Counted from the stretch's first letter, positions 47,164-59,000 are shown. The stretch is DNA of 64,000 bases from Gammaproteobacteria bacterium (GCA_013150915.1 JAADJE010000001.1:30575-94574), one strand, 5' to 3'. The notes: generated by a model from the sequence alone, not told the origin. Numbers and translations are program-made.

Positions 47164-47757
47164 TCAGAAGCCCCCTAACCTCTCACGAATGGCTTCGTCT
47201 AACTCACCGGCCAACAGGGCATCGGTAAAGGACGCAAGACTCTTGAAATCTATTACCTCGTCAGGCGAAAGTGGGCTATCTTTCTTCATTAGCATCTTTT
47301 GTGTCCATCTGCCTTTTCCTGTGTTAACCAGCACGGGCAGGGCACCAATATCCCGTGCTGCCTGTAAATCACGCATGGAGTCTCCCACCGCCGGCACGCC
47401 GCTCATTTCTATTTTCAGCCTGGCGGCGACATCCCGAAACATCCCCGTTGCTGGCTTGCGGCAATTACAATTGTCTTCAGGCGCATGCGGGCAAAAGAAG
47501 ACCGCCTCAATCAGACCCCCTTTATCTCTGGTTTCATCCAACATGCGCCGATGAATTTTATTCAGTGTTGCAAGGCTAAGCAGACCCCGCGCAATGCCCG
47601 ACTGGTTGGTTAACACCACGACACGATAATCATGACGATGCAGCAGGGCTATCGCCTCCAGTGAACCCGGGATTGGCACCCATTCATCCACGGATTTGAT
47701 GAAATCATCGGAATCCTGGTTAATGACGCCGTCTCGGTCGAGAAGAATAGTTTTCAT
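47164..47757 (-). CDS. gmhB: D-glycero-beta-D-manno-heptose 1,7-bisphosphate 7-phosphatase (HAD-IIIA)
   Basis: LDRDGVIN, LTNQSGIARG, zinc-loop CPH..C.CRKP, VGDS. Confidence 0.88.
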   Translation of the reverse strand: MKTILLDRDGVINQDSDDFIKSVDEWVPIPGSLEAIALLHRHDYRVVVLTNQSGIARGLLSLATLNKIHRRMLDETRDKGGLIEAVFFCPHAPEDNCNCRKPATGMFRDVAARLKIEMSGVPAVGDSMRDLQAARDIGALPVLVNTGKGRWTQKMLMKKDSPLSPDEVIDFKSLASFTDALLAGELDEAIRERLGGF

Positions 47758-47785
47758 GATATCTCTGGTTTCTGTTTAGGAGGGA

Positions 47786-48139
47786 TCACTGTTCCTGGCC
47801 ACGAAATTCAGATACCCGTATGCGACCATCTACCATCTTCGCATCTCGCTTCATCAGTCTGTCCATTTTTTTCCAGAAAGCCTCAAGCAGATCAAAATTG
47901 CCGGCAATTGCCGTCCCCATAACAAGAATCAGCAGATCTGCCGTTTCCTCAGCCATTTCCTCTAAGCCCTTGCCCTTGGTCACACAGGAAGACATTTCAC
48001 CCAACTCTTCAGCCATCAGCGCAATGCGGTATACCATATCTTCACCACCGCTGCCGCTAAAATCGTGTTTATCATGAAAGGATTGCACCCTTGCCAGCAT
48101 TGCAGCATATGAATCCTGTGATATCGTCTTTTCGGGCAT
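47786..48139 (-). CDS. MazG-like nucleotide pyrophosphohydrolase domain protein
   Basis: 117-aa all-helical protein with EELGE..EE.ADLL acidic metal-binding pairs. Confidence 0.6.
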   Translation of the reverse strand: MPEKTISQDSYAAMLARVQSFHDKHDFSGSGGEDMVYRIALMAEELGEMSSCVTKGKGLEEMAEETADLLILVMGTAIAGNFDLLEAFWKKMDRLMKRDAKMVDGRIRVSEFRGQEQ

Positions 48140-48152
48140 TTCTTAGACTCCT

Positions 48153-50237
48153 TTACTGCAATTGTGACAGATCAGCAGTGCGCAGAAACATCTCACCCAG
48201 GTGATCCAGCAGGGCCAGGCGATTGTTACGCAAAGCCTGGTCTTCATCCATCACCATGACTTCATCAAAGAAGGCATCAACGGCCGATCGCAACGATGCC
48301 AGGCTCGACAGCGCAGCGGTGTAGTCCCCCTTATCAAACATCACATTTACTTCAGGAGACAGATTAATCATTTGATCATACAGGGCGCGTTCTGCCTTTT
48401 CTTTTAATAAAGTTGGATCAATAACAGTCGTTTCTTCCCTGTCGGCCTTGCGGAGGATATTCTGAATCCGCTTGTTTGCCGCCGCCAGCGCAGGGGCCGC
48501 CGCCAGCCTGGCAAAGGCATCCACGGCGAGCAAACGATCATTGAAGTCTGTCGGCCGCGTTGGACGGCGATGCTTGACGCTGCTTATTTGCCGCTTACTG
48601 TAGCCCTTGTCTACGTAGTAGGCCTGCAATCGATCCAGCATAAATGAGAAAATTAGCTCAACGACTTCATCCGATTTTTCATCCTTGATATCGTAAGCGG
48701 CAACAGCCAACACCAGTAACTGGCGAAGATCAATATCGAGTTTTAATTCGATCATTATTCTCAATACACCAAGTGCCGCACGCCTTAATGCGAAGGGATC
48801 CTTGTCGCCAGTGGGGATCTCGCCAATACTAAAGATTCCACACAGGGTGTCGAGCTTGTCAGCAATGGACAGCACCTGCCCGGTGGGTGTAGCGGGTAAT
48901 GCATCACCGGCAAAGCGCGGCAGATACTGCTGTTCTATGGCGTCAGCGATCTCATTTTCTTCACCCCGCTCTAAGGCATAATAACGCCCCATCACACCCT
49001 GTAGATCAGGAAACTCAGCCACCATGCCAGTCAGCAGATCGGCCTTGGCCAACAACGCAGCACGCTCTGCCTTTTCAGTATCCGCACCCAGCAGTCCTGC
49101 AATCTGTCCGGCCAGTGACTGGATCCGTATTGTACGGTCATAAATACTGCCTAGTTTATTATGAAAAACTACCGTCTTCAGGCGTTCAAGCTGTGAATCC
49201 AGTGTTTGTTTTCGATCGGTATCCCAGAAAAAACGGGCATCTGAAAAACGCGCATTGAGTACACGCTCGTTACCCTCAACAACACTTTCTGGACGCACGC
49301 TTTCAATATTTGAAACAAAGATGAACAGCGGCATTATCCTGCCCTTGTCATCAACGACCGGAAAATATTTTTGATGATCCTGCATGGCACTGATCAAAGC
49401 CTCCTGTGGCACCTGCAGATAGGCCTCGTCAAAACTACCGATCATGGCATTCGGCCATTCCACCAGTGCAGTGACCTCGTCCAACAGCCCGGAGCCAATG
49501 ACCGGCTGGCCACCACGCTCAGATGCGAGCCTGGTCACCTGCTCGACGATTACCTGCTGACGAAGTTTGAAATCTGCCATCACATGGCCACTGGCCTGTA
49601 GTGTTTCTTCATAGTCAGACGCAAAATAGAGTGACAACATGCCCGGACAATGAAAGCGGTGCCCGCCTGTCTCACGGCCGGAATCAACAGTCAATAATGT
49701 GGTTTCGATAACATTACTGCCATGCAACATTACCAGCCAGTGTACCGGGCGAACAAACTCGGCCTCCGTATCGCCCCAGCGCATACGTTTGGAAATGGGT
49801 AATTTATGTAAAGCCGCATCGACTATACCCGGGATCAACGCGCTGGCAGGCAAGCCTGCCTGTTGACTGCGAAATACCAGCCATTCGCCTTTTTCTGTTT
49901 GTAACCGCTCAAGCTCAGAGACTTCCACCTTGCACGAACGTGCAAAGCCGGATGCCGCAGGTGTGGGATTGCCCTCCGCGTCGAAAGCGACATTGACGGC
50001 AGGACCACGACGTTCAACATTACTGTCAGCCTGCCGTACAGCAACATCATCGATGAGTACTGCCAGACGCCTGGGGCTGGCAAACAATTTATGTGCCACA
50101 CCCTTAGTAACCAGGCCCGCATCCTGCAAACCCTGTATTATGTGTTGTGCGAATGCCTTACTCAGGCGCTGCAGTGATTTGGGTGGCAACTCTTCCGTAC
50201 CAATTTCAATAAGTAATGGCTGCGAATTTTCAGTCAT
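48153..50237 (-). CDS. glyS: Glycine--tRNA ligase beta subunit
   Basis: [14 protein letters not shown]-terminus. 694 aa. 4-nt overlap with glyQ. Confidence 0.97.
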   Translation of the reverse strand: MTENSQPLLIEIGTEELPPKSLQRLSKAFAQHIIQGLQDAGLVTKGVAHKLFASPRRLAVLIDDVAVRQADSNVERRGPAVNVAFDAEGNPTPAASGFARSCKVEVSELERLQTEKGEWLVFRSQQAGLPASALIPGIVDAALHKLPISKRMRWGDTEAEFVRPVHWLVMLHGSNVIETTLLTVDSGRETGGHRFHCPGMLSLYFASDYEETLQASGHVMADFKLRQQVIVEQVTRLASERGGQPVIGSGLLDEVTALVEWPNAMIGSFDEAYLQVPQEALISAMQDHQKYFPVVDDKGRIMPLFIFVSNIESVRPESVVEGNERVLNARFSDARFFWDTDRKQTLDSQLERLKTVVFHNKLGSIYDRTIRIQSLAGQIAGLLGADTEKAERAALLAKADLLTGMVAEFPDLQGVMGRYYALERGEENEIADAIEQQYLPRFAGDALPATPTGQVLSIADKLDTLCGIFSIGEIPTGDKDPFALRRAALGVLRIMIELKLDIDLRQLLVLAVAAYDIKDEKSDEVVELIFSFMLDRLQAYYVDKGYSKRQISSVKHRRPTRPTDFNDRLLAVDAFARLAAAPALAAANKRIQNILRKADREETTVIDPTLLKEKAERALYDQMINLSPEVNVMFDKGDYTAALSSLASLRSAVDAFFDEVMVMDEDQALRNNRLALLDHLGEMFLRTADLSQLQ

Positions 50238-51118
50238 ACTGTCTGCCCACCATTCCTGCCACGTGGAAACCCCAGTGACTCACGATTGTCATAATAGGCC
50301 TGTGCGACAGCACGTGAAAGATCACGGATACGACCAATAAAACGTGCTCGCTCAGTGACGCTGATGGCCTTACGGGCATCCAGCAGATTAAAAGTATGCG
50401 ATGCCTTTAAGACATAATCATAGGCAGGGAGGGGCAGTTGAGCATCCAGCAACTGCTGGCTCTGGCGCTCAAAATCATCGAAGTGCCGGAACAGCATACC
50501 GGTATCGACATGCTCGAAGTTGAATGCGGAAAATTCCACTTCATTCTCGTGGTAGATATCGCCATAAGTCACATCATCCGTCCACGCCAGGTCAAACACA
50601 TTGTTAACCCCCTGCAAATACATGGCGATGCGCTCCAGGCCATAGGTAATCTCACCGGTGACCGGTCGGCAGTCCAGACCACCAACCTGCTGGAAATAAG
50701 TAAATTGTGTCACTTCCATGCCATTCAACCAGACCTCCCAACCCAGCCCCCAGGCACCCAGAGTCGGCGACTCCCAGTTATCTTCAACAAAACGAATATC
50801 GTGCTCCAGTGGATCAAGACCCAGTTGCTTCAGTGACTCCAGATAGAGATCCTGAATATCAACAGGGGAGGGTTTTAACACTACCTGAAACTGGTAGTAA
50901 TGCTGCAGACGGTTCGGGTTTTTTCCATAACGGCCATCAGTTGGTCGCCGAGAAGGCTGCACATAAGCCGCACGCATAGGCTCAGGCCCGATAGCATACA
51001 GGAAAGTCGCCGGATGAAAAGTCCCGGCACCCACCTCCATATCATAGGGCTGCATCAGTGCGCATCCCTGGTCTGCCCAGTACTGCTGCAATGTTAGAAT
51101 TAGCTGCTGAAAAGTCAC
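50234..51118 (-). CDS. glyQ: Glycine--tRNA ligase alpha subunit
   Basis: [19 protein letters not shown]-terminus and the highly conserved sequence. Confidence 0.97.
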   Translation of the reverse strand: MTFQQLILTLQQYWADQGCALMQPYDMEVGAGTFHPATFLYAIGPEPMRAAYVQPSRRPTDGRYGKNPNRLQHYYQFQVVLKPSPVDIQDLYLESLKQLGLDPLEHDIRFVEDNWESPTLGAWGLGWEVWLNGMEVTQFTYFQQVGGLDCRPVTGEITYGLERIAMYLQGVNNVFDLAWTDDVTYGDIYHENEVEFSAFNFEHVDTGMLFRHFDDFERQSQQLLDAQLPLPAYDYVLKASHTFNLLDARKAISVTERARFIGRIRDLSRAVAQAYYDNRESLGFPRGRNGGQTV

Positions 51119-51354
51119 GATTTCATTATCTAGGAATCACAAAGTTTGTGAGTATATCAGTCTATGACTGGCACGTGGAGTAGGGTATTTTTTTATTCTT
51201 GTGCTTATCAAGTCAAGGGGGTCAAGTCTTTACTTATAGTATATACGTCCATAGTAATCTGACTGTCTTTTTCCATCGGGGATCAAGGGTGGATCGCTTT
51301 GGATTCAGACTCCAATTGTTTCTTATACCAGTGCAAACCCGAATCTAACCCTGT

Positions 51355-52092
51355 TCACGTCTTATAGCAGTTTACGAACCGTCGGAGTATTTCCTGAGCG
51401 TAAGGCGTCTCTTGCCCGCAAACAGCACCAATCAGAGAATCCGCTTCGTGTGGTTCAAAGTAGCCATGGTGTTTATAGGCATGGATGCGCAGAGTAAAGA
51501 CGTCACTGTCACCCTCTGGATGAAACTGGGTGGCATATACATTGCTGCCTACACGAAACATCTGTACCGGGCAGGCATTACCGGTCATTAATAAAACTGC
51601 GCTCTCAGGTACCGTGTCGCAGGCCTCCTTGTGACCTGACAATGCGGTGATATTGTCCGGGAAGCCGGACAATAACGGGTCCGCTTTACCCGCTTCAGTG
51701 ATATCGAGCTTTACACAACCTACTGCCTCACCATATCGGGTGGATATTGAGGTGCCCAGGTATGACCCAAGCAAACCATTTCCCGAACATGCGCCAAGGA
51801 AAGGGATATCATTGGGAATAATTACATCGAATAATCTTTTGAAGTCCTGTTCAATATTTTTCTGGATTGTAGATTTATCCTGCTCCGGTGTACTGATATC
51901 AAATGGACTGCCGCCGACAATTATGCCACTGTACTTATCCAGTACAAGGTCATCGGGGATACCGTTTTTTTCTATCCGCAAGCGATGGGCATCTTTGCTA
52001 TCAAGACAGCCATATTTCAAAAATGCCGCATATTCATTTTCGGAGATATCATCCTCCGGACGAAGTTGCATAATAAGGAATGGCCTGGTCAT
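51355..52092 (-). CDS. Class I (type 1) glutamine amidotransferase-like protein
   Basis: GACSGNGLL nucleophile elbow and QFHPE motif. The ORF is open to 52125. An internal ATG at 52092 or 52071 is the likely start. Confidence 0.75.
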   Translation of the reverse strand: MTRPFLIMQLRPEDDISENEYAAFLKYGCLDSKDAHRLRIEKNGIPDDLVLDKYSGIIVGGSPFDISTPEQDKSTIQKNIEQDFKRLFDVIIPNDIPFLGACSGNGLLGSYLGTSISTRYGEAVGCVKLDITEAGKADPLLSGFPDNITALSGHKEACDTVPESAVLLMTGNACPVQMFRVGSNVYATQFHPEGDSDVFTLRIHAYKHHGYFEPHEADSLIGAVCGQETPYAQEILRRFVNCYKT

Positions 52093-52179
52093 AGGGAAAA
52101 TAAAGCAATGGGAGTTATGCTCCAATGTATCCGAATATTCGCTTTGGGTCGACAGCAGCCATGCGCCCGCACAATGAAA

Positions 52180-52926
52180 CTACTCCGACATACGCCGATA
52201 CACCGACTCGGCCCGCGCCGCGAAAGCCGGTGTATACCGCCCGGGATTATTCATCGTCGGCGACGGTAAACTGGCCGCAAGCTCGGCCGCCTGCCTTCTG
52301 TTGATCCTCCATACCGGACGTCCCCAATAATAATAAGAAGCCGCCTGTACGCCAAATATCCCCGGGCCAAACTGGGCAATGTTTAGATACAGTTCAAGTA
52401 TTCTGTCCTTGGAAAGCTGCCTCTCCATCTCCCAGGTCAGAATAAGCTCGTGCCATTTTCGCAGTAGGTTACGCTCATTGCTGAGAAAGAGATTTTTTAC
52501 CGTTTGCTGGGAGATAGTGCTGGCACCATATTTTACCTTCATGTGACTGAGGTTGTAGTCCCAGGCATTTCTGATGGCTTTTAGGTCGACACCGTCATGT
52601 TGATAAAAGCGACCATCTTCTGCAATGATAACCGCCCGGCGCAGAATATAGGGGATGTTATTCAGTTCGACAGGATTCCAGCGTACTTCGGGCAGGCGTG
52701 AATCAATGTTGGCGCGTTGCCGGTACTGGCGAATCAGACTGGATTCCGGCACTGTTCCCTTTGCCAGTTTATCCCAGTCCGGCCAGATGCCTGATAGCCA
52801 GTAAATGTCTGCCAGCACAAGACCGATAAATAAAACGGCTAGCCATTTTAGTGACCGTTTCAGCCACTTTTTACCGGTGCCGGGTGATTGTTTTTGTTTA
52901 GCTGTACGTCTGCGCTGTCTAGCCAT
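52180..52926 (-). CDS. mtgA: Monofunctional biosynthetic peptidoglycan transglycosylase
   Basis: EDGRFYQHDGVD, GASTISQQTVKNLFL, RKWHELILTWEME GT51 motifs. N-terminal TM. Confidence 0.93.
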   Translation of the reverse strand: MARQRRRTAKQKQSPGTGKKWLKRSLKWLAVLFIGLVLADIYWLSGIWPDWDKLAKGTVPESSLIRQYRQRANIDSRLPEVRWNPVELNNIPYILRRAVIIAEDGRFYQHDGVDLKAIRNAWDYNLSHMKVKYGASTISQQTVKNLFLSNERNLLRKWHELILTWEMERQLSKDRILELYLNIAQFGPGIFGVQAASYYYWGRPVWRINRRQAAELAASLPSPTMNNPGRYTPAFAARAESVYRRMSE

Positions 52927-52953
52927 ACAATTCCCTGGATTCGCTACACCAAA

Positions 52954-54537
52954 CTAGTGTCTGAAATGCCTCATGCCGGTGAAGACCATAGCGATACCGT
53001 GCTCGTCTGCCGCCGTGATCACCTCATCATCACGCATAGAGCCGCCCGGCTGTATGACAGCGGTCACACCCACTTCTGCCGCTGCATCAAGGCCATCCCT
53101 GAACGGGAAAAAGGCATCGGAGGCGAGTACCGAACCGTTTACATCAAGGCCGGCATCAGCTGCCTTGATAGCTGCGATGCGTGCGCTGTATATACGAGAC
53201 ATCTGTCCTGCACCCACGCCGATGGTCATACGGTCACGCCCATAAACAATGGCATTGGATTTCACATACTTGGCGACTTTCCAGGTAAACAGCATGTCCT
53301 CTACCTCACGATCTTCGGGTTTGCGTTGGGTCACAATTTTCAGATCATCAGCAGTTATCATGCCGAGGTCACGATCCTGCACCAACAGGCCGCCATTGAC
53401 GCGTTTGAAGTCCAGTCCTGCTACGGGTAGATCCGACCACTGGCCACAGGCTAGCACACGCACATTTTTCTTGGCCGACAGAATCTCCTGCGCCTCTTCA
53501 TCTATATCGGGAGCAATAATGACCTCAACAAACTGGCGATCAATAATGGCCTTCGCTGTGTGTGCATCCAGTGCCTGATTGAAAGCAATGATGCCACCAA
53601 AAGCCGATATCGGATCCGTACTGTAAGCATGGTCATAGGCCGCGATGATACTGTCAGCTTCTGCGACACCGCAGGGGTTTGCATGCTTAACGATGACACA
53701 TGCAGGGCCATTATTGAATGATTTGACGCACTCCAGTGCGGCATCAGTATCTGCCATATTATTGTAGGAAAGTTGTTTGCCCTGATACTGTTTTGCGCTT
53801 GCAACACTGGCTTCAGAATAGCCTTGCTCAACATAAAAAGCTGCACGTTGATGTGGGTTCTCACCATAGCGCATTTCCTGCACTTTTTTCACCTGCAAAC
53901 TGTAGGTGCGAGGAAACTCTTCTTTTTCACCGTCTGCAGAAAGGCAGCCAAAGTAGTTGGCAATGGCGCCGTCATAACGCGCGGTATGCTCGAAGGTTTT
54001 TATCGCCAGATCATATCGTGTGGCTTCAGACACACCGCCCTCGTTGCAGGCAATTTCATCGAGTATGCGCTGATAATCAGCGCTATCAGTCACTACTGTA
54101 ACGGCTTTGTAATTCTTGGAAGCGGCACGCAACATGGCCGGGCCACCGATATCTATATTTTCAATGGCTGTTTCGAGATCAGTATCAGGGTCGGCTACAG
54201 TCTTTTCGAATGGATAAAGATTGACCACCAGCAAATCGATAGCCTGTATGCCGTGTTCCTGCATGACTTCCTCATCAATGCCACGACGCCCCAGCAGGCC
54301 GCCATGTATCTTCGGGTGTAAGGTTTTCACACGCCCGTCCATCATTTCGGGAAAGCCGGTATAAGACGACACTTCAATAACATCGATACCATTATCCATT
54401 AACAGACTGGCTGTGCCGCCGGTTGAAAGAATCTCCACAGCCTGTGCGCTAAGTGCGCTGGCAAATTCAACAATGCCTGATTTATCTGAAACGCTGATCA
54501 GTGCGCGTTTAATTACAATTCGATTTTCCTCAGACAT
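52954..54537 (-). CDS. purH: Bifunctional AICAR transformylase / IMP cyclohydrolase
   Basis: [17 protein letters not shown]-terminus, C-terminal ..FTGMRHFRH. Confidence 0.97.
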   Translation of the reverse strand: MSEENRIVIKRALISVSDKSGIVEFASALSAQAVEILSTGGTASLLMDNGIDVIEVSSYTGFPEMMDGRVKTLHPKIHGGLLGRRGIDEEVMQEHGIQAIDLLVVNLYPFEKTVADPDTDLETAIENIDIGGPAMLRAASKNYKAVTVVTDSADYQRILDEIACNEGGVSEATRYDLAIKTFEHTARYDGAIANYFGCLSADGEKEEFPRTYSLQVKKVQEMRYGENPHQRAAFYVEQGYSEASVASAKQYQGKQLSYNNMADTDAALECVKSFNNGPACVIVKHANPCGVAEADSIIAAYDHAYSTDPISAFGGIIAFNQALDAHTAKAIIDRQFVEVIIAPDIDEEAQEILSAKKNVRVLACGQWSDLPVAGLDFKRVNGGLLVQDRDLGMITADDLKIVTQRKPEDREVEDMLFTWKVAKYVKSNAIVYGRDRMTIGVGAGQMSRIYSARIAAIKAADAGLDVNGSVLASDAFFPFRDGLDAAAEVGVTAVIQPGGSMRDDEVITAADEHGIAMVFTGMRHFRH

Positions 54538-54611
54538 GGCGTAATCCTGTTAAATAAGGGTGTTGATATATTATTGTGTAATAGTCAGCGGCGACTCGCG
54601 GCGGCGCGTTT

Positions 54612-54854
54612 CTAATTCAAACCGTGGTCACGCAGTTTCTTACGCAGGGTATTACGATTAATACCCAGCATCCGTGCGGCCCGGCACTGATTATTCTCAG
54701 CGCGTCGCATGATAATTTCCAGCAGGGGTTTTTCAACCTGTGAAATCACTATGTCGTAAAGGTCAGCAGGGGCCTCGCCATTAAGGTCCTTTAGATACAG
54801 CTTAAGTGAGTTACGTACACACGTGGCCAAAGGACGATTTTTTTTCTTGCTCAT
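54612..54854 (-). CDS. fis: DNA-binding protein Fis
   Basis: 80 aa. C-terminal HTH GNQCRAARMLGINRNTLRKKL. Overlaps the dusB stop as in the conserved dusB-fis operon. Confidence 0.93.
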   Translation of the reverse strand: MSKKKNRPLATCVRNSLKLYLKDLNGEAPADLYDIVISQVEKPLLEIIMRRAENNQCRAARMLGINRNTLRKKLRDHGLN

Positions 54855-55834
54855 GCCGCTGCATCTCGCAGGCCAGCAGTTGTTAAAAAGGCTTCCACCT
54901 TCGCCAGTTGCTCAGATGATGATTCCACCTGCATAATTTCTCTTCTGAATTCATTACTGCCGAAAAAGCCCTTGCTGTACCACGCAATGTGCTTACGTGC
55001 AGTACGTACGCCGGTATATTCACCATAAAAATCATAAAGTTCCTGCAAATGTGCCAGCAGCACATCTCTCACCTCTGAAATAGCGGGTGGTGCAAGCCGG
55101 CTGCCCGTTTCAAGATAATGGCTAATCTGGCTAAATATCCAGGGGTTGCCCCGTGCAGGGCGGCCAATCATCAATGCATCAGCACCGGTAAATGCCAGCA
55201 CTTCTGCTGCTTTTTCCGGGCTACTGATATCACCGTTAGCGATGACTGGGATATTTACCTGCTGTTTGACCCGACGAATTGTTTCATATTCCGCTTTGCC
55301 ACGAAAAGCACATTGACGTGTGCGTCCATGGACTGCCAGTGACTGCACACCGGATTGTTCTGCAATCTCAGCAATACGGCAGGCATTTCTACTGTCGGGA
55401 TCCGTGCCCGTCCGTATTTTCAGTGTCACAGGTACTTCAACACTATCCACCACCTTATCAAGTATCCGGGAGACAAGATCTTCATTAGCAAGCAAGGCGG
55501 AACCTGCCTGTTTATTGCAAACCTTCTTTGCCGGGCAACCCATATTAATATCGATAATGTCAGCACCGAACCGGACATTTTCCTGTGCGGCCAGTGCCAG
55601 TATGTCAGGATCGGCACCCGCAATCTGCACCACCACTGGACCTGGCTCACCCTCATGGTTGATACGTTGACGGGTTTTTTTATTTTCCCACACCAGGGCA
55701 TTGGCGCTGATCATTTCAGAGACAGCCAGGCCTGCGCCCAATGAGCGGCAAAGCTTGCGGAATGGTCGATCAGAAATTCCTGCCATCGGTGCAAGAACAA
55801 GCTGATTCGGCAATGTGTACGAACCGATCTGCAT
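54851..55834 (-). CDS. dusB: tRNA-dihydrouridine synthase B
   Basis: MQIGSYTLPNQLVLAPMAGISDRPFR matches the DusB N-terminus, so ATG 55834 is preferred over the ORF start at 55885. Confidence 0.93.
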   Translation of the reverse strand: MQIGSYTLPNQLVLAPMAGISDRPFRKLCRSLGAGLAVSEMISANALVWENKKTRQRINHEGEPGPVVVQIAGADPDILALAAQENVRFGADIIDINMGCPAKKVCNKQAGSALLANEDLVSRILDKVVDSVEVPVTLKIRTGTDPDSRNACRIAEIAEQSGVQSLAVHGRTRQCAFRGKAEYETIRRVKQQVNIPVIANGDISSPEKAAEVLAFTGADALMIGRPARGNPWIFSQISHYLETGSRLAPPAISEVRDVLLAHLQELYDFYGEYTGVRTARKHIAWYSKGFFGSNEFRREIMQVESSSEQLAKVEAFLTTAGLRDAAA

Positions 55835-55968
55835 GTTAAAAATATATATGTATCCGTCGCCCTGATGTCTATGCATTAGTGGCAAGAGATGGTTGTAAAC
55901 TCAGTCTTCGAATACGATAGATAATACCCTTATACATGCTGTCTGTAAAAGAGCATTAGGAAGTGGCC

Positions 55969-58089
55969 TTATTTCGATCTCTCCAGCCAGTTTTGACTGA
56001 CGGATCGCAGCTCAAAACCATCCACCCTTATTGAAGGTGTACGAAAGCGTATATTGATATCTACCGCTTCATTGGGCATCATCACAGTAGGTTTCTCTTT
56101 CGTCAGATACTTGTCCCGCGTAACCACGCGACGACTAATCATATTTCCTGCCCGATCAGTCAGGGTCAATTCCAGTGCAGGAAAAGATTGTGCTCTGGTA
56201 TCACGGTTGACCAGAATACTGGATACCTTGAAGCCTCCGCCACGCCCAGCCAGCGGTGTCAATCCGCTTGATAACTGTTCAATTTTACCAATATTCTGGA
56301 TATTGGGGACTGTACAACCCGCTATCTTGCAGCTCACCTTCAGTAAAGGTATTAGCGGCGTGATGCGTACCAGTTTGTCCATGTAAAAATACCCGACCTG
56401 ACCAAGCAACGTAATAAACAATATACTGATGGCTACAAGAAGTGAATATTTACCCGCCCATACAGGCAACTCAGGCTTATTCCTGCCACGATTCAAACTT
56501 TGGATAAGCTGCGTTTGATCATCGGCTATTACTGGCTCTTTCCACGCCTTCTTCTGTCCCAACCCCAGTGGCATCAGGTTTTTAATGTAGCTAACAAAGG
56601 GCTTGGTCCTGTCTTTTCCATGTTCAGCAGCCGACTGGTCACTCCCGCTCACCCCGTCAGAAGAAAATAGAGCCTCGGTCAGATCATTATCCGCATCGGT
56701 ACTGAGAAAAATCTCTTCTATAGGCCCGATAGCCCCCTCTTCTTCGTCTCCGACCTCAGCTGCCGATAAAGCAGACTCGATTTGCTCCTTGCTAATATTA
56801 GCCTCTTCCAGCATGGCATTTATTTCCATGGTGTCTTCGTAATTCAGTGCAGACAACTCCCCCGGCTCGGGGAAATCATCAAGGCCATGAAGTGACCCAT
56901 CCCGCTCTCCTTTCAGCGAAATCGGAACATAGGCCTCATCTATCTCCTCCTCTTCCGATGTAATAAAGACCGATTCGTCAGGATTTTCAACTTCTTCATC
57001 ACGAGAAAATGCCTCGTTGGCCGTTTTCGGCAATGATTCGATAGAAAAAAGTTCATCGTCATCCACCGCATCACCCGCAACCGAAAAGGTATCGTCCGCA
57101 GGAAAGCTTTTACTCACTTCTTCAAGTCCTTCAGGGGTAGCTTCCTTCTCATTACTTTCGAGTGAAGGCATGCTCTCAACGTTCTCTGCCTCTATCGCCG
57201 CGGCAGCCAACCAGGCTTCTTCCTCGTCCTGCAGCAGAATCTCATCCTTCGCCGATGCATTATCAAACGAAGAGCAATCATCCCCTTCATTGCCCAGCGT
57301 TGTACTATACGACGGATCACCGGCAGCAGCAGGTGCCTCTACAACGGGGTTATCCGTTGACAGCGCTGCTGTTGACGGCTCAACAATTATCGATGTATCG
57401 ACGCTTGCTTCATCCTCGCTTTCAAATTTAGCTTCGCCACCTGGCCACATACTCTCGGCATCTAATGAACCCACTACAGGTTCATCGTCAAACTCAGATT
57501 TAACTGCCGGATCATCCTGATCAAGCGCGGGAATTTCATTGGTAAACGAAGGCGTTTGCAGGAGGGTCAGATCCTCTATCCGGGGGACTCCATTCTCGGG
57601 CCCTTCAGTGGCCTCTATTTCAGCATCCTCCTCATTCGGATCAAAATATAACAACTCCTCCGGGTGCTTTTTTATTACCGGTGCTGATGATTGAGAATGG
57701 AAATCATCCACCTCTGGCTCAGGAAAGGGCTCCAGGTCATTATCAGGCATCAGATCATTGGGCACACCTGCTGCCGAGTCTTCCTGATGCCCCAGCGATC
57801 CCGTCACTTCTGTATCAGCGGCTGCAGACAGTGATTCAGTGGCAGCCCCAATATTCTCTGCTTTGTCCAATATATTGAATGTAAACCCTGAACCCCGGCT
57901 ACCTGGCAAGCCTGTTGTACTCGTGCTATCAGGCTCTTCGATAAAATCATTGCGTGGATCGTCAGTAAGATTCCAGCTTGAGTTAAAAACTGAATAGCAG
58001 TTACCACAGCGCACCAGGCCCTCGTGAGCTTTCATGTCCTTATCAGACACCATAAATACTGACTGGCATTTGGGGCACTGCGTAAACAT
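55969..58089 (-). CDS. Zinc-ribbon (MJ0042-type) plus DUF3426-type membrane protein with a very long acidic low-complexity insert
   Basis: N-terminal CPKC..CGNC ribbon, a several-hundred-residue D/E/S/A-rich segment, a single TM (LLVAISILFITLLGQVGYF), and a C-terminal beta-rich domain. It occupies the conserved prmA-X-dusB position. Confidence 0.8.
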   Translation of the reverse strand: MFTQCPKCQSVFMVSDKDMKAHEGLVRCGNCYSVFNSSWNLTDDPRNDFIEEPDSTSTTGLPGSRGSGFTFNILDKAENIGAATESLSAAADTEVTGSLGHQEDSAAGVPNDLMPDNDLEPFPEPEVDDFHSQSSAPVIKKHPEELLYFDPNEEDAEIEATEGPENGVPRIEDLTLLQTPSFTNEIPALDQDDPAVKSEFDDEPVVGSLDAESMWPGGEAKFESEDEASVDTSIIVEPSTAALSTDNPVVEAPAAAGDPSYSTTLGNEGDDCSSFDNASAKDEILLQDEEEAWLAAAAIEAENVESMPSLESNEKEATPEGLEEVSKSFPADDTFSVAGDAVDDDELFSIESLPKTANEAFSRDEEVENPDESVFITSEEEEIDEAYVPISLKGERDGSLHGLDDFPEPGELSALNYEDTMEINAMLEEANISKEQIESALSAAEVGDEEEGAIGPIEEIFLSTDADNDLTEALFSSDGVSGSDQSAAEHGKDRTKPFVSYIKNLMPLGLGQKKAWKEPVIADDQTQLIQSLNRGRNKPELPVWAGKYSLLVAISILFITLLGQVGYFYMDKLVRITPLIPLLKVSCKIAGCTVPNIQNIGKIEQLSSGLTPLAGRGGGFKVSSILVNRDTRAQSFPALELTLTDRAGNMISRRVVTRDKYLTKEKPTVMMPNEAVDINIRFRTPSIRVDGFELRSVSQNWLERSK

Positions 58090-59000
58090 TATTGTATTGT
58101 ACCTGTTATGTTTCCGGTTGAAGCCTTTTCTTTTACCGTCACCATCAGCCAGTCACCCTCTTTTTCCACCTCCAGGATATTGCCCGGCTCAAACGCGTTA
58201 ATTATCAAGGTTTCCTGTGTGAGCAGTATACCTGAAAGCACCAGCACTCCCTGCTGTGCGCGCATTCCCAGTAAATACGACTTTAAATCAATTAGCGTCC
58301 CCGCGAGAATGTTGGCAAAAACAACATCACCCAAACTGTTTTCAGGCAGTTGCCTCGGCAATACAAGTTCCAGGTTTTCACTTACATTATTGATCTTTGC
58401 ATTGTTGCTACTCGCCTGTAGGGCATGGGGGTCGATATCTATCCCCAGTGCGCTGGCAGCCCCTAGCTTGAGTGCAGCAATTGCCAGTATGCCGGACCCG
58501 CATCCGAAATCGATTACCTTTTTCCCAACAAGCTGCTGTCTCGTCAACCACTGCAGACACAAACGCGTAGTTTCATGGCTGCCGCTGCCGAACGCCATCC
58601 CGGGATCAAGCATAACATTTGTTGCATCAGGATCTGGAACATCACACCAGGTCGGGCATATCCACAGATCACGTCCGTACTGCATTGGCTGGAAACGGTC
58701 CATCCAGCACCGCTCCCAGTCCTGGTCCGGCAGGCTCGCTACTCGATATTCCGGTAGATTCTTAGGCGCAAAGGTACCAGTGAGCTCTGCTATTACCGTA
58801 TCCAGACCCCGCTCTGCATTAAACAGGCCTGTTGCCAGGCTATTGTCCCAGACCGGTGATTCACCATCCTGCATGTCAAATAACGGGTGGTTGCCCGCAT
58901 CCTCGAAAGTGACGGACTGGGCACCCGCAAGCTCAAGTCGCTCGGTGACAAAATCCAGCTGATCCCTCTTTACCACAAACGTAATCTTCAGCCAGGGCAT
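58089..59000 (-). CDS. prmA: Ribosomal protein L11 methyltransferase
   Basis: MPWLKITF.. matches the PrmA N-terminus (ATG 59000). DFGCGSGILAIAA SAM motif. The stop overlaps the next start by 1 nt (TAATG). Confidence 0.93.
   Translation of the reverse strand: MPWLKITFVVKRDQLDFVTERLELAGAQSVTFEDAGNHPLFDMQDGESPVWDNSLATGLFNAERGLDTVIAELTGTFAPKNLPEYRVASLPDQDWERCWMDRFQPMQYGRDLWICPTWCDVPDPDATNVMLDPGMAFGSGSHETTRLCLQWLTRQQLVGKKVIDFGCGSGILAIAALKLGAASALGIDIDPHALQASSNNAKINNVSENLELVLPRQLPENSLGDVVFANILAGTLIDLKSYLLGMRAQQGVLVLSGILLTQETLIINAFEPGNILEVEKEGDWLMVTVKEKASTGNITGTIQ

Noticed and set aside
58108-58962. A 284-aa ORF on the + strand (and similar long + strand ORFs at 57017-57520, 51647-52177, 46447-46974 and 52888-53430).
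   Set aside because: These are antisense shadows of well-supported minus-strand genes (prmA, the DUF3426 protein, the GATase, plsC and purH). They have Ser/Pro/Arg-rich compositions and no recognisable motifs or ribosome-binding sites.
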